Shown one piece after another: positions 38,301-53,300 of a stretch of DNA of 64,000 bases. The stretch lies in the NCBI RefSeq assembly GCF_009914755.1, contig NC_060948.1. One strand, written 5' to 3'. A model generated the notes under the pieces. The model saw only the letters and a list, made by a program, of their open reading frames with translations, was not told the origin of the DNA and made no database searches. The stretch is from the human T2T-CHM13v2.0 reference genome, Homo sapiens. The position numbers were made by a program, and so were the translations under genes. Each line of letters starts with the position of its first letter. The stretch's first letter is position 1.

Positions 38301-41300
38301 GACTCGAAAGCAATGGACTGGAATGGAACTTTCTTGAATGGACTGGAATCAAACGGAATGGAATGCAATGCAATCAAATGGCATGGAATAAAATAGAATG
38401 AAAGAGAATCAAATGGAATTGAATCGAATGGAATCGAATGGATTGGAAAGGAATAGAATGGAATGGAATGGAATTGACTCAAATGGAATGGACTAGAATG
38501 GAATGGATTCGAATGGAAGGCAAAGGAATGGAATCTATTGGAATGGACTGTAATGGAATGGAATGGAAGGGATTGGAATGGACTCGAATGGAATGCGCTG
38601 CAATAGAAAGGATTCGAATGGAATGAAAAAGAATTGAATGGAATAGAACAGAATGGAATCAAATCGAATGAAATGGAATGGAATAGAAAGGAATGCAATG
38701 AAATGGAATGGAAAGGATTCCAATGGAATGCAATCGAATGGAATGAAATCGAATGGAATGGAATCGAACGGAATGGAATAAAATGGAAGAAAACTGGCAA
38801 GAAATGGAGTCGAAATGAATGGAGTGTTATGGAACGGACTCAAAAGGAATTGAATGTAATAGAATGGAGTGGAGTGGACTCGAATATAATGGACTGGAGT
38901 GGAATGAAATCACATGGAATGGGAACGAATGGAATGGAATGGAAAGGAATGGAATCGAATGGAAAGGAATCGAATGGAAGGGAATGAAATTGAATCAACA
39001 GGAATGGAAGGGAGTAGAATCGACGGTAATGGAATGGACTCGAATAGAATGGACACGAATGCTCAAATTGAATGGACTCGAATGGAATGGAAACGAAAGG
39101 AATGTCATCGAATGGAATTGAATCGATTGGAATGAAATCACATAGAATGGAGTGGAATCAAATGGAATTGAATCGAAAGGAAAGGAAGCGAATGGACTGA
39201 AATGAAATGGAATGGAATTGAATGGAAATTAATGCAATGGAATAGAATGGAACGAAATTTCACGGAATGGAATCAAACTGAATGGAATCAAATCAATGGA
39301 ATATAATCAAATGGAATGGAAAGGAATTGAATGGAGTAGATTGGATTGGATGGGATTGGAATGAAATGTACTGGAAAGGACTCGAATTTCATGAAACGGA
39401 ATGGAATGAATTAGAACGGAATGGACTCGAATGGAATGGAATGTCATGGAATGGCATCAAATGGAATGGAATCGAATGCGATGGAATGCTATGGAATGGA
39501 ATGGAATGCATTGGAATGGAATGTCCTCTAATGGAATGGATTCGAGTGGAATGGAATCGAATATAATGGAGTCTAATGAAATAGAATTGAAAGGAATGGG
39601 ACCGAATACAATGGAATATACTGGAATGTAATGTAATGAACTCGAATGTAATTGACTGGAATGGAATGTACATGAATGGAATGTAATCGAATGGAAAGCA
39701 ATCCAATGGAATAGAATCTAATGCAATAAAATCGAGTCAAATAGAGTAGAATGTAATGGAATGGAGTGCAGTGCAATGGAATGGAATGGAATGGAATGCA
39801 ATGGAATGGAATGGAATGGGATGGAATGGTATGGAATGGATAGTAATGGACTGGAGTGAAATGGACTGGAAAAGAATGGACTCAAATTGAAAGGGCTCGA
39901 AAGGAATGGAGTCAAATGGAATGGTCTGGAATGGAATGAACACGAATGTAATGCAATCCAATAGAATGGAATCGAATGGCATGGAATATAAAGAAATGGA
40001 ATCGAAGAGAATGGAAACAAATGGAATGGAATTGAATGGAATGGAATTGAATGGAATGAGAACGAATGGAGTGAAATTGTATGCAGTAGAAGAGAATAGA
40101 ATGGAATGCAAGCGAAAGGAAAGGAATGGATTGGAATGGAATGGAATTCATTGGAATGGAAGGGAATGTAGTGTAATGGACAGGCCTGGAATAAAGTGGA
40201 ATGCTACGGTCTCGAATGGAATAAAAATGTATGGAATGGAATGCAATGAAACGGAATCGAATGTCATAGAATGTAATGGAATGCAAAAAAATGGAATCCA
40301 AAATCATTGACTGGAAAGGCTGGGTGTCGAAAGGAATTGACTCCAATGGAATGGAATCGAATGGAATGGAAGTGAATAGAATCGAACTAAATCGAATGGA
40401 ATGGAATTGATAGGAACGGAATGGAAAGGAATGCAATGATTTGGCATGGAATGGAATCGAATGGCATCGAATGGAATGGAATGGAATGCAATGGAATGGA
40501 ATGTATTAGAATGTAATGAACTTTAATGGAATGTACTCGAATGGATTCGACTGGAATGGAATGTTCTCGAAGTGAACGGACTCCAATGGAATGGATTCGA
40601 AAGGAATGGAAACTAATGGAATGGAATTAAACGGAAATGAATCAAATAGAATAGAACGGAATTGAATTGAATGGAATCGAATGCAATGGAATCTAATGAA
40701 ACGGAAAGGAATGGAATGGAATGGGCTGGAATGGAATGGAATCGAAACGAATGGAATGGAATCGAACTGAAGAGACTGGAATGGAATGCACTGGAATGGA
40801 AGGGAATGTAATGGAAGGTTCTCGAAAAAAATGGAATCGAAAGGAATGGAATTGAATGGAACGGAATAGAGTCGAATGGAATTCAATGGAATGGAATGGA
40901 CTAGAGTGAAATGGAATCGAACCACAAGGAATGGACAGGAATAGAATGGTCTCGAATTGAATGGAATCGTATGGAATGGCATCAAACGGAATGGAATGGA
41001 CAGCCACGGAATGGAATGGACACCCACGGAATGGAATGCACTCGAATGCAATGGAGTCGACACTAATGGACTGGAATAGAATGGACTCGACTGGTACGGA
41101 CTCCAATGGAATGGAATCGAATGGAAGGGAATCGAAAGGAATGGACTCGAAGGGAAAAAACTGCAATGGAAAGGTCTCCAATGGAATGGAAATTAATGGA
41201 ATGGAATGGAATCGAATGAAATGGAGTCAAAAGGAATGGAATCGAATGGCAAGAAATCGAATGTAATGGAATCGCAAGGAATTGATGTGAACGGAACGGA

Positions 41301-44300
41301 ATGGAATGGAATCCAAAGGAATGGAATAGAATGGAATGGAATCGAATGGAAAGGACTCGAATGGAAATCACTCGAATAGAATGCAATTTAATAAAATAGG
41401 ATCAAATGTAATGGAATGGAATGGAAAGGAATCGAAACGAAAGGAATGGAGACAGATGGAATGGAATGGAACAGAGAGCAATGGTATAGAATGGAATGGA
41501 ATCATCTGGAATGGAAGTGAATGGAATGGAATAATATGAAACGGAATGGAATTTAATGGAATGGAATGCCCTTGTATTAAATGGACTGGAATGGAATGGA
41601 CTCGAACAGAGTGGAATGGAAAGTGTTGAAATAGAATGGAATGGACTCGTTTGGAATGGTCTAGTATGCAATGCAATCGACTGGCAGGGAATCAAAAGGA
41701 ATGTAATCGAATGGATTGGACTGGAATGCAATGGACTCGAATAGATTGGAAACGGAAAGCAAAGGAATGGAATGGAATAGTATGGAATGGAATGGAAAGG
41801 AATGGAGAGGAATAGACTAGAGTGGAATGGAATGGACTCGAAAGCAATGGACTGGAATGGAACTTTCTTGAATGGACTGGAATCAAACGGAATGGAATGC
41901 AATGCAATCAAATGGCATGGAATAAAATAGAATGAAAGAGAATCAAATGGAATTGAATCGAATGGAATCGAATGGATTGGAAAGGAATAGAATGGAATGG
42001 AATGGAATTGACTCAAATGGAATGGACTAGAATGGAATGGATTCGAATGGAAGGCAAAGGAATGGAATCTATTGGAATGGACTGTAATGGAATGGAATGG
42101 AAAGGATTGGAATGGACTCGAATGGAATGGACTGCAATAGAAAGGATTCGAATGGAATGAAAATGAATTGAATGGAATAGAACAGAATGGAATCAAATCG
42201 AATGAAATGGAATGGAATAGAAAGGAATGGAATGAAATGGAATGGAAAGGATTCGAATGGAATGCAATCGAATGGAATGCAATCAAATGGAATGGAATCG
42301 AACGGAATGGAATAAAATGGAAGAAAACTGGCAAGAAATGGAGTCGAAATGAATGGAGTGTTATGGAACCGACTCAAAAGGAATTGAATGTAATAGAATG
42401 GAGTGGAGTGGACTCGAATATAATGGACTGGAATGGAATGAAATCACATGGAATGGGAACGAATGGAATGGAATGGAAAGGAATGGAATCGAATGGAAAG
42501 GAATCGAATGGAAGGGAATGAAATTGAATCAACAGGAATGGAAGGGAGTAGAATAGACGGTAATGGAATGGACTCGAATAGAATGGACACGAATGCTCAA
42601 ATTGAATGGACTCGAATGGAATGGAAACGAAAGGAATGTCATCGAATGGAATTGAATCGATTGGAATGAAATCACATAGAATGGAGTGGAATCAAATGGA
42701 ATTGAATCGAAAGGAAAGGAAGCGAATGGACTGAAATGAAATGGAATGGAATTGAATGGAAATTAATGCAATGGAATAGAATGGAACGAAATTTCACGGA
42801 ATGGAATCAAACTGAATGGAATCAAATCAATGGAATATAATCAAATGGAATGGAAAGGAATTGAATGGAGTAGATTGGATTGGATGGGATTGGAATGAAA
42901 TGTACTGGAAAGGACTCGAATTTCATGAAACGGAATGGAATGAATTAGAACGGAATGGACTCGAATGGAATGGAATGTCATGGAATGGCATCAAATGGAA
43001 TGGAATCGAATGCGATGGAATGCTATGGAATGGAATGGAATGCATTGGAATGGAATGTCCTCTAATGGAATGTATTCGAGTGGAATGGAATCGAATATAA
43101 TGGAGTCTAATGAAAGGGAATTGAAAGGAATGGGACCGAATACAATGGAATATACTGGAATGTAATGTAATGAACTCGAATGTAATTGACTGGAATGGAA
43201 TGTACATGAATGGAATGTAATCGAATGGAAAGCAATCCAATGGAATAGAATCTAATGCAATAAAATCGACTCAAATAGAGTAGAATGTAATGGAATGGAG
43301 TGCAGTGCAATGGAATGGAATGGAATGGAATGCAATGGAATGGAATGGAATGGAATGGAATGGGATGGAATGGTATGGAATGGATAGTAATGGACTGGAG
43401 TGAAATGGACTGGAAAAGAATGGACTCAAATTGAAAGGGCTCGAAAGGAATGGAGTCAAATGGAATGGTCTGGAATGGAATGAACACGAATGTAATGCAA
43501 TCCAATAGAATGGAATCGAATGGCATGGAATATAAAGAAATGGAATCGAAGAGAATGGAAACAAATGGAATGGAATTGAATGGAATGGAATTGAATGGAA
43601 TGGGAACGAATGGAGTGAAATTTTATGCAGTAGAAGAGAATAGAATGGAATGCAAGCGAAAGGAAAGGAATGGATTGGAATGGAAAGGAATTCATTGGAA
43701 TGGAAGGGAATGTAGTGTAATGGACAGGCCTGGAATAAAGTGGAATGCTACGGTCTCGAATGGAATAAAAATGTATGGAATGGAATGCAATGAAACGGAA
43801 TCGAATGTCATAGAATGTAATGGAATGCAAAAAAATGGACTCCAAAATCATTGACTGGAAAGGCTGGGTGTCGAAAGGAATTGACTCCAATGGAATGGAA
43901 TCGAATGGAATGGAAGTGAATAGAATCGAACTAAATCGAATGGAATGGAATTGATAGGAACGGAATGGAAAGGAATGCAATGATTTGGCATGGAATGGAA
44001 TCGAATGGCATCGAATGGAATGGAATGGAATGCAATGGAATGGAATGTATTAGAATGTAATGAACTTTAATGGAATGTACTCGAATGGATTCGACTGGAA
44101 TGGAATGTTCTCGAAGTGAATGGACTCCAATGGAATGGATTCGAAAGGAATGGAATCTAATGGAATGGAATTAAATGGAAATGAATCAAATTGAATAGAA
44201 CGGAATTGAATTGAATGGAATCGAATGCAATGGAATCTAATGAAACGGAAAGGAAAGGAATGGAATGGATTGGAATGCAATGGGCTGGAATGGAATGGAA

Positions 44301-47300
44301 TCGAAACGAATGAAATGGAATCGAACTGAAGAGACTGGAATGGAATGCACTGGAATGGTAGGGAATGTAATGGAAGGTTCTCGAAAAAAATGGAATCGAA
44401 AGGAATGGAATTGAATGGAACGGAATAGAGTCGAATGGAATTCAATGGAATGGAATGGACTAGAGTGAAATGGAATCGAACCACAAGGAATGGACAGGAA
44501 TAGAATGGTCTCGAATTGAATGGAATCGTATGGAATGGCATCAAACGGAATGGAATGGACAGCCACGGAATGGAATGGACACCCACGGAATGGAATGCAC
44601 TCGAATGCAATGGAGTCGACACTAATGGACTGGAATAGAATGGACTCGACTGGTACGGACTCCAATGGAATGGAATCGAATGGAAGGGAATCGAACGGAA
44701 TGGACTCGAAGGGAAAAGACTGCAATGGAAAGGTCTCGAATGGAATGGAAATTAATGGAATGGAATGGAATCGAATGAAATGGAGTCAAAAGGAATGGAA
44801 TCGAATGGCAAGAAATCGAATGTAATGGAATCGCAAGGAATTGATGTGAACGGAACGGAATGGAATGGAATCCAAAGGAATGGAATAGAATGGAATGGAA
44901 TCGAATGGAAAGGACTCGAATGGAAATCACTCGAATAGAATGCAATTTAATAAAATAGGATCAAATGTAATGGAATGGAATGGAAAGGAATCGAAACGAA
45001 AGGAATGGAGACAGATGGAATGGAATGGAACAGAGAGCAATGGTATAGAATGGAATGGAATCATCTGGAATGGAATTGAATGGAATGGAATAATATGAAA
45101 TGGAATGGAATGGAATGGAATGCCCTTGAATTAAATGGACTGGAATGGAATGGACTCGAACAGAGTGGAATGGAAAGTGTTGAAATAGAATGGAATGGAC
45201 TCGTTTGGAATGGTCTAGTATGCAATGCAATCGACTGGCAGGGAATCAAAAGGAATGTAATCGAATGGATTGGACTGGAATGCAATGGACTCGAATAGAT
45301 TGGAAACGGAAAGCAAAGGAATGGAATGGAATAGTATGGAATGGAATGGAAAGGAATGGAGTGGAATAGACTAGAGTGGAATGGAATGGACTCGAAAGCA
45401 ATGGACTGGAATGGAACTTTCTTGAATGGACTGGAATCAAACGGAATGGAATGCAATGCAATCAAATGGCATGGAATAAAATAGAATGAAAGAGAATGAA
45501 ATGGAATTGAATCGAATGGAATCGAATGGATTGGAAAGGAATAGAATGGAATGGAATGGAATTGACTCAAATGGAATGGACTAGAATGGAATGGATTCGA
45601 ATGGAAGGCAAAGGAATGGAATCTATTGGAATGGACTGTAATGGAATGGAATGGAAGTGATTGGAATGGACTCGAATGGAATGGACTGCAATAGAAAGGA
45701 TTCGAATGGAATGAAAAAGAATTGAATGGAATAGAACAGAATGGAATCAAATCGAATGAAATGGAATGGAATAGAAAGGAATGGAATGAAATGGAATGGA
45801 AAGGATTCGAATAGAATGCAATCGAATGGAATGCAATCGAATGGAATGGAATCGAACGGAATGGAATAAAATGGAAGAAAACTGGCAAGAAATGGAATCG
45901 AAATGAATGGAGTGTTATGGAACGGACTCAAAAGGAATTGAATGTAATAGAATGGAGTGGAGTGGACTCGAATATAATGGACTGGAATGGAATGAAATCA
46001 CATGGAATGGGAACGAATGGAATGGAATGGAAAGGAATGGAATCGAATGGAAAGGAATCGAATGGAAGGGAATGAAATTGAATCAACAGGAATGGAAGGG
46101 AGTAGAATAGACGGTAATGGAATGGACTCGAATAGAATGGACACGAATGCTCAAATTGAATGGACTCGAATGGAATGGAAACGAAAGGAATGTCATCGAA
46201 TGGAATTGAATCGATTGGAATGAAATCACATAGAATGGAGTGGAATCAAATGGAATTGAATCGAAAGGAAAGGAAGCGAATGGACTGAAATGAAATGGAA
46301 TGGAATTGAATGGAAATTAATGCAGTGGAATAGAATGGAACGAAATTTCACGGAATGGAATCAAACTGAATGGAATCAAATCAATGGAATATAATCAAAT
46401 GGAATGGAAAGGAATTGAATGGAGTAGATTGGATTGGATGGGATTGGAATGAAATGTACTGGAAAGGACTCGAATTTCATGAAACGGAATGGAATGAATT
46501 AGAACGGAATGGACTCGAATGGAATGGAATGTCATGGAATGGCATCAAATGGAATGGAATCGAATGCGATGGAATGCTATGGAATGGAATGGAATGCATT
46601 GGAATGGAATGTCCTCTAATGGAATGTATTCGAGTGGAATGGAATCGAATATAATGGAGTCTAATGAAAGGGAATTGAAAGGAATGGGACCGAATACAAT
46701 GGAATATACTGGAATGTAATGTAATGAACTCGAATGTAATTGACTGGAATGGAATGTACATGAATGGAATGTAATCGAATGGAAAGCAATCCAATGGAAT
46801 AGAATCTAATGCAATAAAATCGACTCAAATAGAGTAGAATGTAATGGAATGGAGTGCAGTGCAATGGAATGGAATGGAATGGAATGCAATGGAATGGAAT
46901 GGAATGGAATGGAATGGGATGGAATGGTATGGAATGGATAGTAATGGACTGGAGTGAAATGGACTGGAAAAGAATGGACTCAAATTGAAAGGGCTCGAAA
47001 GGAATGGAGTCAAATGGAATGGTCTGGAATGGAATGAACACGAATGTAATGCAATCCAATAGAATGGAATCGAATGGCATGGAATATAAAGAAATGGAAT
47101 CGAAGAGAATGGAAACAAATGGAATGGAATTGAATGGAATGGGAACGAATGGAGTGAAATTGTATGCAGTAGAAGAGAATAGAATGGAATGCAAGCGAAA
47201 GGAAAGGAATGGATTGGAATGGAATGGAATTCATTGGAATGGAAGGGAATGTAGTGTAATGGACAGGCCTGGAATAAAGTGGAATGCTACGGTCTCGAAT

Positions 47301-50300
47301 GGAATAAAAATGTATGGAATGGAATGCAATGAAACGGAATCGAATGTCATAGAATGTAATGGAATGCAAAAAAATGGAATCCAAAATCATTGACTGGAAA
47401 GGCTGGGTGTCGAAAGGAATTGACTCCAATGGAATGGAATCGAATGGAATGGAAGTGAATAGAATGGAACTAAATCGAATGGAATGGAATTCATAGGAAC
47501 GGAATGGAAAGGAATGCAATGATTTGGCATGGAATGGAATCGAATGGCATCGAATGGAATGGAATGGAATGCAATGGAATGGAATGTATTAGAATGTAAT
47601 GAACTTTAATGGAATGTACTCGAATGGATTCGACTGGAATGGAATGTTCTCGAAGTGAATGGACTCCAATGGAATGGATTCGAAAGGAATGGAATCTAAT
47701 GGAATGGAATTAAATGGAAATGAATCAAATTGAATAGAACGGAATTGAATTGAATGGAATCGAATGCAATGGAATCTAATGAAACGGAAAGGAAAGGAAT
47801 GGAATGGATTGGAATGGAATGGGCTGGAATGGAATGGAATCGAAACGAATGGAATGGAATCGAACTGAAGAGACTGGAATGGAATGCACTGGAATGGAAG
47901 GGAATGTAATGGAAGGTTCTCGAAAAAAATGGAATCGAAAGGAATGGAATTGAATGGAACGGAATAGAGTCGAATGGAATTCAATGGAATGGAATGGACT
48001 AGAGTGAAATGGAATCGAACCACAAGGAATGGACAGGAATAGAATGGTCTCGAATTGAATGGAATCGTATGGAATGGCATCAATCGGAATGGAATGGACA
48101 GCCACGGAATGGAATGGACACCCACGGAATGGAATGCACTCGAATGCAATGGAGTCGACACTAATGGACTGGAATAGAATGGACTCGACTGATACGGACT
48201 CCAATGGAATGGAATCGAATGGAAGGGAATCGAACGGAATGGACTCGAAGGAAAAAGACTGCAATGGAAAGGTCTCCAATGGAATGGAAATTAATGGAAT
48301 GGAATGGAATCGAATGAAATGGAGTCAAAAGGAATGGAATCGAATGGCAAGAAATCGAATGTAATGGAATCGCAAGGAATTGATGTGAACGGAACGGAAT
48401 GGAATGGAATCCAAAGGAATGGAATAGAATGGAATGGAATCGAATGGAAAGGACTCGAATGGACATCACTCGAATTGAATGCAATTTAATAAAATAGGAT
48501 CAAATGTAATGGAATGGAATGGAAAGGAATCGAAACGAAAGGAATGGAGACAGATGGAATGGAATGGAACAGAGAGCAATGGTATAGAATGGAATGGAAT
48601 CATCTGGAATGGAATTGAATGGAATGGAATAACATGAAATGGACTGGAATGGAATGGAATGCCCTTGAATTAAATGGACTGGAATGGAATGGACTCGAAC
48701 AGAGTGGAATGGAAAGTGTTGAAATAGAATGGAATGGACTCGTTTGGAATGGTCTAGTATGCAATGCAATCGACTGGCAGGGAATCAAAAGGAATGTAAT
48801 CGAATGGATTGGACTGGAATGCAATGGACTCGAATAGATTGGAAACGGAAAGCAAAGGAATGGAATGGAATAGTATGGAATGGAATGGAAAGGAATGGAG
48901 TGGAATAGACTAGAGTGGAATGGAATGGACTGGAAAGCAATGGACTGGAATGGAACTTTCTTGAATGGACTGGAAACAAACGGAATGGAATGCAATGCAA
49001 TCAAATGGCATGGAATAAGATAGAATGAAAGAGAATGAAATGGAATTGAATCGAATGGAATCGAATGGATTGGAAAGGAATAGAATGGAATGGAATGGAA
49101 TTGACTCAAATGGAATGGACTAGAATGGAATGGATTCGAATGGAAGGCAAAGGAATGGAATCTATTGGAATGGACTGTAATGGAATGGAATGGAAGGGAT
49201 TGGAATGGACTCGAATGGAATGGACTGCAATAGAAAGGATTCGAATGGAATGAAAAAGAATTGAATGGAATAGAACAGAATGGAATCAAATCGAATGAAA
49301 TGGAATGGAATAGAAAGGAATGGAATGAAATGGAATGGAAAGGATTCGAATGGAATGCAATCGAATGGAATGCAATCTAATGGAATGGAATCGAACGGAA
49401 TGGAATAAAATGGAAGAAAACTGGCAAGAAATGGAGTCGAAATGAATGGAGTGTTATGGAACCGACTCAAAAGGAATTGAATGTAATAGAATGGAGTGGA
49501 GTGGACTCGAATATAATGGACTGGAATGGAATGAAATCACATGGAATGGGAACGAATGGAATGGAATGGAAAGGAATGGAATAGAATGGAAAGGAATCGA
49601 ATGGAAGGGAATGAAATTGAATCAACAGGAATGGAAGGGAGTAGAATAGACGGTAATGGAATGGACTCGAATAGAATGGACACGAATGCTCAAATTGAAT
49701 GGACTCGAATGGAATGGAAACGAAAGGAATGTCATCGAATGGAATTGAATCGATTGGAATGAAATCACATAGAATGGAGTGGAATCAAATGGAATTGAAT
49801 TGAAAGGAAAGGAAGCGAATGGACTGAAATGAAATGGAATGGAATTGAATGGAAATTAATGCAATGGAATAGAATGGAACGAAATTTCACGGAATGGAAT
49901 CAAACTGAATGGAATCAAATCAATGGAATATAATCAAATGGAATGGAAAGGAATTGAATGGAGTAGATTGGATTGGATGGGATTGGAATGAAATGTACTG
50001 GAAAGGACTCGAATTTCATGAAACGGAATGGAATGAATTAGAACGGAATGGACTCGAATGGAATGGAATGTCATGGAATGGCATCAAATGGAATGGAATC
50101 GAATGCGATGGAATGCTATGGAATGGAATGGAATGCATTGGAATGGAATGTCCTCTAATGGAATGTATTCGAGTGGAATGGAATCGAATATAATGGAGTC
50201 TAATGAAATGGAATTGAAAGGAATGGGACCGAATACAATGGAATATACTGGAATGTAATGTAATGAACTCGAATGTAATTGACTGGAATGGAATGTACAT

Positions 50301-53300
50301 GAATGGAATGTAATCGAATGGAAAGCAATCCAATGGAATAGAATCTAATGCAATAAAATCGACTCAAATAGAGTAGAATGTAATGGAATGGAGTGCAGTG
50401 CAATGGAATGGAATGGAATGGAATGCAATGGAATGGAATGGAATGGAATGGAATGAGATGGAATGGTATGGAATGGATAGTAATGGACTGGAGTGAAATG
50501 GACTGGAAAAGAATGGACTCAAATTGAAAGGGCTCGAAAGGAATGGAGTCAAATGGAATGGTCTGGAATGGAATGAACACGAATGTAATGCAATCCAATG
50601 GAATGGAATCGAATGGCATGGAATATAAAGAAATGGAATCGAAGAGAATGGAAACAAATGGAATGGAATTGAATGGAATGGAATTGAATGGAATGGGAAC
50701 GAATGGAGTGAAATTGTATGCAGTAGAAGAGAATAGAATGGAATGCAAGCGAAAGGAAAGGAATGGATTGGAATGGAATGGAATTCATTGGAATGGAAGG
50801 GAATGTAGTGTAATGGACAGGCCTGGAATAAAGTGGAATGCTACGGTCTCGAATGGAATAAAAATGTATGGAATGGAATGCAATGAAACGGAATCGAATG
50901 TCATAGAATGTAATGGAATGCAAAAAAATGGAATCCAAAATCATTGACTGGAAAGGCTGGGTGTCGAAAGGAATTGACTCCAATGGAATGGAATCGAATG
51001 GAATGGAAGTGAATAGAATGGAACTAAATCGAATGGAATGGAATTCATAGGAACGGAATGGAAAGGAATGCAATGATTTGGCATGGAATGGAATCGAATG
51101 GCATCGAATGGAATGGAATGGAATGCAATGGAATGGAATGTATTAGAATGTAATGAACTTTAATGGAATGTACTCGAATGGATTCGACTGGAATGGAATG
51201 TTCTCGAAGTGAATGGACTCCAATGGAATGGATTCGAAAGGAATGGAATCTAATGGAATGGAATTAAATGGAAATGAATCAAATTGAATAGAACGGAATT
51301 GAATTGAATGGAATCGAATGCAATGGAATCTAATGAAACGGAAAGGAAAGGAATGGAATGGATTGGAATGGAATGGGCTGGAATGGAATGGAATCGAAAC
51401 GAATGGAATGGAATCGAACTGAAGAGACTGGAATGGAATGCACTGGAATGGAAGGGAATGTAATGGAAGGTTCTCGAAAAAAATGGAATCGAAAGGAATG
51501 GAATTGAATGGAACGGAATAGAGTCGAATGGAATTCAATGGAATGGAATGGACTAGAGTGAAATGGAATCGAACCACAAGGAATGGACAGGAATAGAATG
51601 GTCTCGAATTGAATGGAATCGTATGGAATGGCATCAATCAGAATGGAATGGACAGCCACGGAATGGAATGGACACCCACGGAATGGAATGCACTCGAATG
51701 CAATGGAGTCGACACTAATGGACTGGAATAGAATGGACTCGACTGATACGGACTCCAATGGAATGGAATCGAATGGAAGGGAATCGAACGGAATGGACTC
51801 GAAGGAAAAAGACTGCAATGGAAAGGTCTCCAATGGAATGGAAATTAATGGAATGGAATGGAATCGAATGAAATGGAGTCAAAAGGAATGGAATCGAATG
51901 GCAAGAAATCGAATGTAATGGAATCGCAAGGAATTGATGTGAACGGAACGGAATGGAATGGAATCCAAAGGAATGGAATAGAATGGAATGGAATCGAATG
52001 GAAAGGACTCGAATGGACATCACTCGAATTGAATGCAATTTAATAAAATAGGATCAAATGTAATGGAATGGAATGGAAAGGAATCGAAACGAAAGGAATG
52101 GAGACAGATGGAATGGAATGGAACAGAGAGCAATGGTATAGAATGGAATGGAATCATCTGGAATGGAATTGAATGGAATGGAATAACATGAAATGGACTG
52201 GAATGGAATGGAATGCCCTTGAATTAAATGGACTGGAATGGAATGGACTCGAACAGAGTGGAATGGAAAGTGTTGAAATAGAATGGAATGGACTCGTTTG
52301 GAATGGTCTAGTATGCAATGCAATCGACTGGCAGGGAATCAAAAGGAATGTAATCGAATGGATTGGACTGGAATGCAATGGACTCGAATAGATTGGAAAC
52401 GGAAAGCAAAGGAATGGAATGGAATAGTATGGAATGGAATGGAAAGGAATGGAGTGGAATAGACTAGAGTGGAATGGAATGGACTCGAAAGCAATGGACT
52501 GGAATGGAACTTTCTTGAATGGACTGGAATCAAACGGAATGGAATGCAATGCAATCAAATGGCATGGAATAAAATAGAATGAAAGAGATTGAAATGGAAT
52601 TGAATCGAATGGAATCGAATGGATTGGAAAGGAATAGAATGGAATGGAATGGAATTGACTCAAATGGAATGGACTAGAATGGAATGGATTCGAATGGAAG
52701 GCAAAGGAATGGAATCTATTGGAATGGACTGTAATGGAATGGAATGGAAGGGATTGGAATGGACTCGAATGGAATGGACTGCAATAGAAAGGATTCGAAT
52801 GGAATGAAAAAGAATTGAATGGAATAGAACAGAATGGAATCAAATCGAATGAAATGGAATGGAATAGAAAGGAATGGAATGAAATGGAATGGAAAGGATT
52901 CGAATGGAATGCAATCGAATGGAATGCAATCTAATGGAATGGAATCGAACGGAATGGAATAAAATGGAAGAAAACTGGCAAGAAATGGAGTCGAAATGAA
53001 TGGAGTGTTATGGAACCGACTCAAAAGGAATTGAATGTAATAGAATGGAGTGGAGTGGACTCGAATATAATGGACTGGAATGGAATGAAATCACATGGAA
53101 TGGGAACGAATGGAATGGAATGGAAAGGAATGGAATCGAATGGAAAGGAATCGAATGGAAGGGAATGAAATTGAATCAACAGGAATGGAAGGGAGTAGAA
53201 TAGACGGTAATGGAATGGACTCGAATAGAATGGACACGAATGCTCAAATTGAATTGACTCGAATGGAATGGAAACGAAAGGAATGTCATCGAATGGAATT

